From NCBI RefSeq assembly GCF_009914755.1, contig NC_060926.1: DNA of 64,000 bases; one strand, 5' to 3'. The translations under genes were made by a program, and so were the position numbers. Below the pieces are notes generated by a model. It saw only the letters and a list, made by a program, of their open reading frames with translations, was not told the origin of the DNA and made no database searches. Each line of letters opens with the position of its first letter. Position 1 is the stretch's first letter. This document shows, one piece after another, positions 46,484 to 64,000 of this stretch. Source of the DNA: the human T2T-CHM13v2.0 reference genome, Homo sapiens.

Positions 46484-47325
46484 AATCCTGCTTTTTTTTT
46501 ATACTTGTTAGTTTTCTTTTTATATTTTTCTTAGAGATAGTGGCAATTTTGTTCATCTTGAAGATGCTGAATAAACACTTGAATACCCGAGAATTTTGGC
46601 CAGAGATTTATGTCCAATTTGGAACCTGAAAGTTTTAAGCATAACTACAAGTAACTCCTGTTAGCATTACATTTTGGGGAGACATATATGCATTTAATAC
46701 CCTGCAACTCAGCCAAGCATCAACATTTTAAAACAATGTGTGTAATAAGTAATTCTCCACGCCCACCCACCCCCAGCCCCCCGATGTTTTGGCACCATGA
46801 CATTTTCAAGTATAGCTTTATATTTTAGGAGTAATGACAAAGTATGTGATCAAAAGAGAAGGGATTATTAATTTTTTCCCTCTTTGCTTTTTTTTAAACT
46901 TTATTCCACTCTGTACCTATTTTTGAGGACCTTGAAAATCTTAATCTCTCCAGAAGGGATACTGCATTGGTTCTTCTCCATCAGCTGGCTTAGACATCAA
47001 ACATCTTAAATGATACACTGTTTTAATATCTAAAAATCTGTCATTCTACTTAATTAACTTAGTCATAAGGACAAAGCCTTAGTATATTTTTGCCACATAC
47101 ATGTTATGTATAAATTTTACTGTTGAATAATACAAGTATTCATTGCTGACTGAATTCTTAAAACTTTGGGAATAGAAAAAACACATTTATTAATGGATGC
47201 TAAAGTGATTCCTGAGAAAAATAATGTGTATGGTTAATATGGAAAACCTTTGGTAATGTGATTTGGGTATAAGAATACTAAAACCAGAGTACAGGGTGTG
47301 AATCATGTACCAGGAGGGATTTTAT

Positions 47326-48967
<1,642 letters not shown>

Positions 48968-49605
48968 CCACCTGCACTTTCAACTGACTACAAATCTGAG
49001 AGGTTCTCACATCCCCTTTTAGGTTTGATAATTTGCTAGAACAACTCACAGAACTCAGGAAAGTACTATACTTACAACCACAGTTTTATTAGAAAGGATA
49101 CAAACCAGAAATGACCAAATGAACAGATACGTAAGATGAGGTCTGTGAGGGTCCTGAATGCAGAACCTCTGTGCCCTCTCGTAGAATCAGGACATGTTAT
49201 TCACTTTTCATATCAATGTATTCACCAACCAGGAAGATCTACTGAGTTTCATGTCCAGAGTTTTCAGGGGGTTTTATTACATAGGCATGATTGGTTCAAT
49301 CATTGGCCCATGATTGGACTAATTCTTCAGTCCTCCTGTCTTTCCTGGAGGACAGAAGGCTGAGTTGATATCATTGGCTCAAAGCCCCAACCCAACCCTC
49401 TAATTAGATGTTTGGTCTTTATAGCATGACTAGCTCCCATCCTGAAGCTATCTAGGGACCCACTATGTGTCATCTCATTGCATATACTCAGGTGTGATTC
49501 AAGGCGCTCATGAATAACAAATACACTCCTAGTACTTGGGAAATTCCAAGATTCACTATCAGGAACCACAGATAAAGGAAAGTCAAATTATTTATTATAT
49601 AGCAG
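48968..49605 (-). mobile_element. MER21-like LTR
   Basis: tttgataatttgctagaacaactcacagaactcaggaaag...cataggcatgattggtt...ggaaattccaag. Confidence 0.75.
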
Positions 49606-50635
49606 TGTAATGCATAGTTTTGTTGTTTTAATTGTGGACACCTACTTTAGTCTGAGATTTGTTACCATGTCACACTATACTAGGTTCATCTCATTTTTCT
49701 TCAAGGCTATTGTGTGAAGTGCAACATGTTTTATATATTAAGTGTATCAACTCTCTGTTACTTTTCCTGGTTTGTAGTTTGCCTTTTAATTTTGATGACT
49801 TCTGTGCTTAAACAATTCTCCTCCAACTAGATAGAAGATAAACATTTATCTAAAATTTCCTATAGCTTTCTTATGTGTTGTTTTTAGTATAGTGAAATTA
49901 TTTTGTTGCAGAGGATAAGTTTAAGTAGATATTTTTTCAATTAACCAACTCTCCCAATATGATGGGTTTTTTCCCCCTCTCTTCCAATAGAAACCTAACT
50001 CCCAACACAATGGAATGAATTTTTCACTTTTTTAATTCACCTTTGAAAGGAGTAGGCAGGTTGTAAGGAATTGGAGATTTTGTGTCCCATTTTTTTTAGA
50101 TGAAGAGGTCCAAAGTGGTAAATAATTTTCCCCAGGTCATCTGGAAAGGGCAGAATTGTCTGACTCCAAAGTCTTAAAAAGACGTTTACTTAGTGTCACT
50201 ATTGCGTCACATGTAATTACCCAATGACTTCAAATGTACCTGACATTATCAAATAATTTGTTCTGATATGAAAATTGAAAATTAAATGGAACACAGAAGA
50301 AAATATAGTTATGACATTAGACAAGACAATGACATTAAGTTTAAATCTGGATCGCCAAACACAAGGTAAGTTTCCCTTGAGTTGATCAATTTAAGTTAAA
50401 TCAAGTCTCTATTACTGAATCATACAAAAATGACCAAAAATGTTCACCAAACTTAGGGGCATATGTTTATGATGATCCAACTTGTAGATTTTGTGGTTCA
50501 CATGAAAATCCACTTTAGGAAGTTCAAAGAGCCACATCAAAAAGATAGCCATCTTCCAGAGCAGCTAAAATTCAGATACCCCTGTATAATAAAGAACTAT
50601 TCAGAGACACATATCATGCATTAAGATAAAGAACT

Positions 50636-50953
<318 letters not shown>

Positions 50954-52160
50954 TCACATAGGAACACCAAATTGAAGGTCACAGGGAAGATGCTGATTTG
51001 TGATCATGTGGCTTCACACAGGCAAATCCATGCATTGTGCTTTAGGGTGAGCAGCATGGATTCATTTGTTTGAATGATGTCGATGGTTAATGAATTTTAG
51101 GAGGAACTCTGAGGAAGCCAGCTAGTTGCTAATACAAATTTCAGTGGAATAATATCTTTTCCCTTTTTTCTCCTCTTAACTCTCAGTGCCAGGGCACTTT
51201 GGGAAACATTTAGACTTAAAACATTAGAATATTAAACTGAAAAGACGGAGCAAAATAATTCAAATTACAGCAGTTGAATCGAGTAGTTAAAATTCAGAGA
51301 TATCAAGCCAATGAATAAGACAGCATTTGTGAAGTACTACGTTAGCAATATTGGGATGAGTTGAAGAACTTCTAAAAAGGTGAACTAAGGACGTAAGATT
51401 TTTGAGAAGTTGAATCAAATCCAGAGTGGCATGCAAGGAAAACCTTGTGTGTTTTTACTGCTGTACTAATAGTTAAAACTAGCTATTGTATTCTCCAGGG
51501 CAGATATGAAATGGCCTTCAGTCCTAGAAAACTAGCAGAGCAGTTTATCAGCTGGTATGCCATGACAGCATTGAAGCGTGGTTTGTAGAAAAACCTGTTA
51601 TATATACTATACATCATTTGAGTTTTGTATTTTTCTCATAAGATAGGATTTGTTACTTTATTTCAAAGTGTATTCACATGTTGCTCAATTTTTCTTCACA
51701 AAATTTCTGTGGATAGAGCCAAGTGTAAATATTATTTTCTTATTTAATAGCTGAAGACACTTAATTGTAGGGAATAAGTGACATGTTTATTAGTATTACA
51801 TGTATAAATAATTAGGAGTTGAAGTTATATAGACATAAGAACTTGCAGATAGTATCAGACAGCTACTACTAATACTTAGGTGAGTAATTTTTATATTTGA
51901 GATTAAGCCACAACCATTATATCTTAGATTCTTAAATTACTTGGCCTAGATTTGAAATAATTCTGCTCATAATAAAGGATTGAAGACATTTATTTTAAGA
52001 GAAAATGAGCAGAAATGCACAGAATGACTTGTTATAAAAAGGGAATTATTTTAACTTCTGAAATATTGCATGGACTTTGTACATAGACATGAAATTACAC
52101 AGCAAATGACAATATATTTAATGATTTATTTTTTCAGTAACATGTAAAACCTACAATACA

Positions 52161-52500
<340 letters not shown>

Positions 52501-52529
52501 TCAAAAAGTTGTTTAAAAAGAATTACCTA

Positions 52530-52688
52530 GCCAGGCATGGTGGCGGGCGCCTGTAATCCCAGCTACTGAGGAGGCTGAGGCAGAGAATTGCTTGAACCCG
52601 GGAGGCGGAGGTTGCAGTGAGCCGAGATCGCACCACTGCACTCCAGCCTGGGCAACAGAGCGAGACTGCATCTCAACAACAACAAAAA
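52530..52688 (+). mobile_element. 5'-truncated Alu (right arm)
   Basis: TSD aaaaagaattaccta. Confidence 0.92.
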
Positions 52689-52849
52689 GAATTACCTAAT
52701 GACTTGCTACCCAGCAACATGCACTTTCCTTTTAACTTGCCTACCCTTCCCTAAGCTTAGCAGCATTTGGACTGTCAACAATGCTGTAAAGTAAAGATGT
52801 TCTTCATTTAACATATATAACTTACATAGTTCCATAAAATAATAGATAA

Positions 52850-53449
<600 letters not shown>

Positions 53450-53674
53450 TGAGTGCCAGATGCTTTATAACTTAATCCTCACATCTGGCCTGAATATTAT
53501 TACCCCAATTTTATATAAAAGCAAATAAATTCAAAAAGATTAAATACCTTGCCCAAGATCATATATCTAGAAAGCCAGGAACCTAGGATCTGAACCCGAG
53601 ACTTTTTATTCCATAGACCATGTTATAACCAGATTTAACTCTAACAATTCATGAACTATTAAAATGCATCATAA

Positions 53675-54115
<441 letters not shown>

Positions 54116-54259
54116 TGCAAATTTTATGTTATGTATTTTACAATTAAAAAAAAATTTCCTACCCAGAGATCATGCAGATATGATCTGCTAAATCTTTACG
54201 GTTTTGCCTTTCTTATTAACGGTCTACTGTCTACTTGGAGTGGTTTCCTGCATATGGTT

Positions 54260-54600
54260 TTGCATGGCAGGTGGGCCCCAAAATCGGGGCTCTGCCTGGG
54301 GAGGTTCTTGGCTTTGCCTAGGAAGGAATTCAAGGGCCACCCTATAGGCATTGTGTGAAAAGTAGCAGCTCAGGGGCAGTTCTGAAGTCACATTTATACT
54401 CACTTTTAATTACATGCAAATTAAGGGGCAGGTTAGTCAGAAATTTCTAGAAAAAGGGTGGTAAATTCCAGGTCATTGCCATGGAATGAGTAACTGTCAT
54501 GGCACTGTTGGCTGTGTTTTATGGAGAAGTGTTTTCGCCTCTTCCCTGTGTCAGCCAGTCTTCAATCTGGTCCAGAGTTGAGTCCCGCCTTCTACTTTAG
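54260..54600 (-). mobile_element. ERV1-class LTR (MER31-like)
   Basis: gggaggttcttggctttgcctaggaaggaattcaaggg...ttacatgcaaattaaggggc...gtcattgccatgg; family assignment from recall. Confidence 0.6.
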
Positions 54601-54724
54601 TGTCAGAGGGGGTCAAATTTCTTTCTCTATTTTTTTCCCACATGGAGAGTAGTTTTATCACATGGAGAGCTTGGGCTCTCATGTCTAGGAGCTCAAGCCT
54701 GGGACAGTGGTGTGCATCCTTTGA

Positions 54725-55717
<993 letters not shown>

Positions 55718-56145
55718 TTACCTGATACTAATCATGAAATTGATGGAATCCATATTTAAAGTGTTGTTAGTTATATTTAATGACTTCACTCCTGAATTCC
55801 CTTTTCATTAAGGTAGCTTTCATTTCTATTATTGCTGTTTTAGTAATATTATTAAATAGAAGGTTTGTGCCAGTAGATGCTCTTGTTACTAAATCAGTAC
55901 TTTAAAATCTTTGGTCCTCTGTCATTTGTGCCTATGAATTTGACTACTGTTTGCTCTAATTTATTTGGGCTCTTCTAATTGGAGTGGAGCAGAGTTTTAC
56001 TGTGAAACAGTGCAGTGAGTCTGTGCAGTGAAATGAAGGGTGGAGTTTTGGGGGGTGGTAATGATGTGAAACATAAAGATATAATTACCATCTAACACAA
56101 TGAAGCCACTTGTCCATAAGAGTAGTAATTATTAAACTTTTACTA

Positions 56146-56436
56146 TTTTTATTTTATTTTTTTTTTAATTTTTGAGACAGTGTCTTGCTTTGCCACCCAG
56201 GCTATAGTGGAACAAACACAGCTCGCTACAGCCTTTACCTCCTCAACTCAAGTGATCCTCCTGCCTCAGCCTCTTGAGTAGCTGGATATGCCACTGCACC
56301 TGGCTACTTTTTATATTTTTTGTAGAGGCAGGGTTTCAACATGTTGCCCAGGCTGGTTTGGAACTCCTGGACTTAAGTGATCCTCCTGCCTTGACCTCCT
56401 AAAGTGCTGGGATTACGCAGGTGAGCCACCAAGCCC
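56146..56436 (-). mobile_element. AluJ
   Basis: Diverged reverse-complement dimer. Confidence 0.9.
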
Positions 56437-56547
56437 TGTTGAAACATCTTCTATATAAATGTCTAATGTAATTACAAAATTCTAATTCTTGTTGCATTCT
56501 TTTTATCCCTACAAATGTATTAAACATTCGGTTTTAAAAAGTTTTAA

Positions 56548-56870
<323 letters not shown>

Positions 56871-57307
56871 TCAGTACATTCACACTGTTGTGCAACCATC
56901 ACCACTATCCACTTCCTGAATTTTTTCATCCTAAACTGAAACTCTTTATGCATTAAACAATAACTCCCCATTCTACCTCCACCCCAGTGGTTCTCTTTTT
57001 CTAAATAAAGTGATCTTTCAATATCCACTATAACATCAGAAATCTTTTAATAGGATAAGAGTGGATAACTGCAAACACAAAAAGATATAATTGGGAAACT
57101 AGGCTTTTGTGATGTTATTTTTATTTCTAAAAAATATTCAAATAAGGACATGTCCTTTACAGAGGCTGTTTGATTTCTCATTGGGAAACTTAAAAAACAA
57201 GTTTAAAAAAAACAATTTTTTTCTTAAATGTTCTATCCTTTTCCTTCTAAATGTACACTGAAACAAGCTTTTGGTTCATTCATATTTATTTTTCTTACAA
57301 TTTCAAC

Positions 57308-57600
57308 TTTTCTTTTCTTTTTACAACACAGGCTCTCACTCTGTTGCCCAGACTGGAGTCCAGTGGCGTGATCATCGCTCACCGCAGCCTCTACCTCCTG
57401 GACTCAAGGGATCTTCCACCTCATCTTCCTGAGTAGCTGAGACTACAGATGTGTACCACCATACCCAGCTAAATTTCTTATTTTTTATTTTTTGTAGAGA
57501 CAGAGTCTCACTAAGTTGCCCAGGCTGGTTTCAAACTCCTGAACTCAAGCTGTCTTCCCAAAGTGCTGGGATGACAGGCTTGAGCCACCAAGGCCTGCCC
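57308..57600 (-). mobile_element. AluJ
   Basis: Reverse-complement dimer; TSD tcaactttt. Confidence 0.9.
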
Positions 57601-58540
<940 letters not shown>

Positions 58541-58748
58541 CCATTTGTTATTTCTTTAGGGCACCATTTTTCATCTGATTATTCACAGCTGAAAAACCAT
58601 AATCTTCTTGACCTACTAATCTAGTTTATGGTGATGAATCATATGATAAACAAAATCTAATGGTCCTTTTGGCAGAAAATAAATATGGGAATGTAATAAT
58701 AAACAAAGATCTTTTCCCCTACGTTAAATCCATTATAATAAAATAGGA

Positions 58749-58980
58749 GGCCAGGTGTGGTGGCTAATGCCTGTAATCCCAGCATTTTGGGAGGCTGAGG
58801 CAGGAGGATTGCTTGAGGCCAGGAGTTTGAGACCAGCCTAGGCAACCATAGCAAGACCCCATCTCTAGAAAAAAATTAAAAATCAGCTGGGTGTGATGGC
58901 AGTGAGGTGTGATCCTGTCACTGCACTTCAGCCTGAGCAACAGAGCAAGATCCTGGCTCTAAAATACAAGAAATAAAATA
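58749..58980 (+). mobile_element. AluJ with an internal deletion
   Basis: Left arm intact; right arm lacks its 5' part. Confidence 0.88.
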
Positions 58981-59354
58981 TGTAACTTTGTTCAGAGATG
59001 TCTTTTAAAAATTGTGGCACATTTACTATTTTAATCACTGTTGACCGCCTTAATATGTGTCAAACTGTCAATTTAAGTAGGAACTACTAGATCTCAGATC
59101 TATTCTTTTTAAAAAAGTGTTACCTATTTTATTACTGTTAAAATTTTGATGTAGTATGAAAAAGCCCTGAGTCATAGTTACAGCCATTTGCCACAGAAAT
59201 TCTAAATCTCGTAATTTTAATTCCAAATAAATTGATAATTGTTAATTGCTTTATTACTCAAACAGAAAAACTAAAAGGAGATATTTACCTGATACTATCT
59301 TACCTGATAAATCAAATGAATATACAAGTCAAAACAAGTATCTAAAAAACTAGG

Positions 59355-59702
<348 letters not shown>

Positions 59703-59975
59703 TTAATGTCAAGAAATAATGTGCATTATTTGCTCTTACTATGGAAAGCAAAGGGAAAAACTAATTGAGATGAGCAGGTACGGTGGTAGAAATTACACGA
59801 AGGTTTTTTTGTGTTTTTTTTTTAAACAGGGTTTTTTTTTCTTTTTAATTATCTTAGTATTATAATACTGAAAGGAAAAAAATGTTCCTTGATGCATAAC
59901 AAGAGATCTCAGATATCAATTAACTTAAATTTGAACTAGAATGGTTGAACTTCAAGAAAGCTGCTTTTTTTTTAA

Positions 59976-60305
<330 letters not shown>

Positions 60306-60578
60306 TGAAAGCTGCTTTCTTAAGAGAACAAATGTCCCTAGTCTCAAATTTTTCTTTTCTTCACATTTGGAAAGAAGAATTTAAAATGAGAAAATGCTAA
60401 TTTTTAAACAAGAATTTCCAGTAATTCATTTTTTTCTCTTGATTAAAGAATTTTTCCTACTGTAGAATGTGGAAGTCCTAACTTTCAATTAACTTCCCAG
60501 CCAGCATGGGAAGTTTATTACAAATGAAAGTGAAGTGGTTTTCTTTCATGTTTCAACTTAATTTTAATTACTGTATTC

Positions 60579-60582
60579 TATG

Positions 60583-60614
<32 letters not shown>

Positions 60615-60640
60615 CGTGCGTGCATGCGCACACACGCATG
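60579..60640. repeat. (TG)n/(CG)/(CA) alternating purine-pyrimidine tract
   Basis: tatgtgtgtgcgtgtg...tgcgtgcgtgcatgcgcacacacgcatg. Confidence 0.92.
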
Positions 60641-61087
60641 GTTACATGTTGCCCTGGGGAAGATATCAGAAGGTCTAGTACAGTAAATATATTCTTAATC
60701 TTATTACATCCCTGCCTAAAAACTTTAATTTTACACAAAGTGAAATGTAAATTACTGAGCTGTATTCAGGGACCCATGCTGAGTTGGTTGCAACCAAGCT
60801 GATTGCCTTGCTACTTCTACCCCAGATAGACTCATCAAGTAAATTATGGTTTTCTCAAAACACAGAAGAGAATTTTCTCAGGAGTCAAGCTTTTACCCAA
60901 GGCATTCTCTTTTCAGAATTATTATTTCTTTCTGGACACTGGAATTCTAACATTCCTTCAAGACCTAGCTCAGATACACTCTCCACTGGAAAGCTTTCCT
61001 AAGCATATGAATTACTTGGTGGTATCTCTCAACTCTCCCCATCCTCTATCCCCTGTGTTTTCTACAATGCAAATTAGCTCTGGAGTT

Positions 61088-61283
61088 TCACTGTCCAATA
61101 CAGTAACCATTAACCTCATGTGGCTATGTACATTAAAATTAAATAAAACAAAAAATTTATTTCTTGGTTGCAAAAGCCACATTTCGATTGTTTAATAGCT
61201 ATATATGGCTAGTGCCTACTGTACTGAACAGCACAGATGTGGAACATTTCCTTCACTGCAGAAAGTTCTATCAGACAGCACTG
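61088..61283 (-). mobile_element. MER3-like (hAT-Charlie) MITE
   Basis: cactgtccaatacagta...catgtggcta...gaacatttcc...gcagaaagttctatcagacagcactg. Confidence 0.8.
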
Positions 61284-61385
61284 GTCTAGAGACTTGGTTA
61301 GATTCAGATTCAGGCCTTGATTTTTTAATATTTAAAATTGGGCCACTAAATTACATGATCTCTACAGTAACTTTCAGTTGTTTAG

Positions 61386-61718
<333 letters not shown>

Positions 61719-62322
61719 TTCACAATCTACTTTAATAAAAGAGTCTGTAAATGGGTAACTGAGGAGTTCTGATAACACCCACATTCCAGTCAATGTAATC
61801 ATAATCACAGTGTTTTCATGAGCATGTCTGACATTGTAGCTTAGACAACTGTGTGGTATCATATGGACAGCAATTCTGGTGTCCAGGAGCTTGGAAGACT
61901 CTATCCCAATAAATAAAAAGCTGAACAAATGGAGAAATCAACAATTCTTCCTAGATCCACCAGAGAAATGAAGTCACAGGGTAAACCCTTGCCACCAAAA
62001 TTGGAGAGAGAGAGAGAGAGAGAGTAAAAATACAGAGAGCATAAAAAAATAGAGAGAGAGCATAAATCTCCACAGGAACTGGAATGAGGGCAGGCAAACC
62101 TGAACTGCAACTGACAAATTATTGGAGGCTCAGAGTGGACATGCCTGAGAGTAAAAAGCTCTTGGGGGAGGGAGGGCTAGTTATGGAGCAAGCCACAACA
62201 CTCCTGTGAGTTTTACCTGTAGGAACTTGACCAGGTTCTTATGGTAATTATTACAGGAAAATTCCCCCTTGTTTTCAGCAGGTAGAAGGAAAAAAAAGGA
62301 CCCACTTAAAAATAACCAGGGC

Positions 62323-63110
<788 letters not shown>

Positions 63111-63439
63111 CATTCTATTTTTCTTAACAAGGCCTGCCCTCAAGAGAAACTGTCTTACCAGAGCCTAACCGTCTTAGGCGAAGGGAGATACCCAACTCCA
63201 TTCAGCTCTAGACGTCCACATGGGAGAAGGGAAATAACCGCAGCACATACTAATCATCCTGTACCAGCTAAGGTGGGGAAAAACTGAAAAGCACAGTTCA
63301 GAGGCACAGGCTCACTAAAAGACTGAGATCTAATCACAGGACTATAGGAAGCCTCCCTTTCCTCCACATTTTACCACTGCATTACTAAAGTCCTATTTAC
63401 TGCAGTTCCGTTTACCTAGTACATCATGTTCAGCTATCA

Positions 63440-63753
<314 letters not shown>

Positions 63754-64000
63754 TTATTACAAAGCATCCTAAAAGGCAAAAAACAACCTGAAGACATAAG
63801 GCAAAGATCAGAACCAAATTCATATAAGACAGGCATGTTGAAATTACCAGACTGAGAATTTAAAACAACTATGATTAATATGCTAAGGGCTCTAATGGAT
63901 AAAGCAGACAGCATGCAAGAACGGATGGGCAATGTAAGCAGAGATGTAAATTCTAAGAAAGAATTTTTAAAATGCTACAGATCAAAAACACTATAACAGA

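Noticed and set aside
50195-50345. ATTGCGTCAC (C/EBP-CRE hybrid) motif and repeated atgacatta in unique intergenic DNA
   Set aside because: Short isolated motifs are expected by chance; an enhancer cannot be supported from sequence alone.

Overview
Primate, almost certainly human, genomic DNA containing the complete coding region of CARF (calcium-responsive transcription factor, ALS2CR8; human chr2q33) on the + strand. I assembled 14 coding exons by hand from ATG 1337 to TAA 43093. All introns are GT-AG with consistent phases, and the total is 2178 nt = 725 aa + stop. A long 3' UTR follows, with the best poly(A) signal at about 46478. The promoter and first non-coding exons lie upstream of the window. 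Introns and the ~17 kb downstream region are dense in Alus (about 55), L1s, LTRs (MLT1, MER21-like, THE1, MER31-like), DNA-transposon MITEs and microsatellites, and almost all ORFs in the supplied track are repeat-derived artefacts. Less obvious elements: a decayed processed pseudogene of C18orf32 interrupted by an Alu that itself carries a THE1 LTR, a 33-nt U2 snRNA retrocopy with a TSD, a multi-layer L1/Alu nest with an inverted L1-in-L1, a perfect 18-bp hairpin, a strong-context uORF overlapping the CARF start codon, and an excess of AAG splice acceptors. I found no convincing new multi-gene system. The findings are regulatory or evolutionary candidates. Repeat subfamily names come from recall of consensus sequences, and repeat boundaries are approximate.
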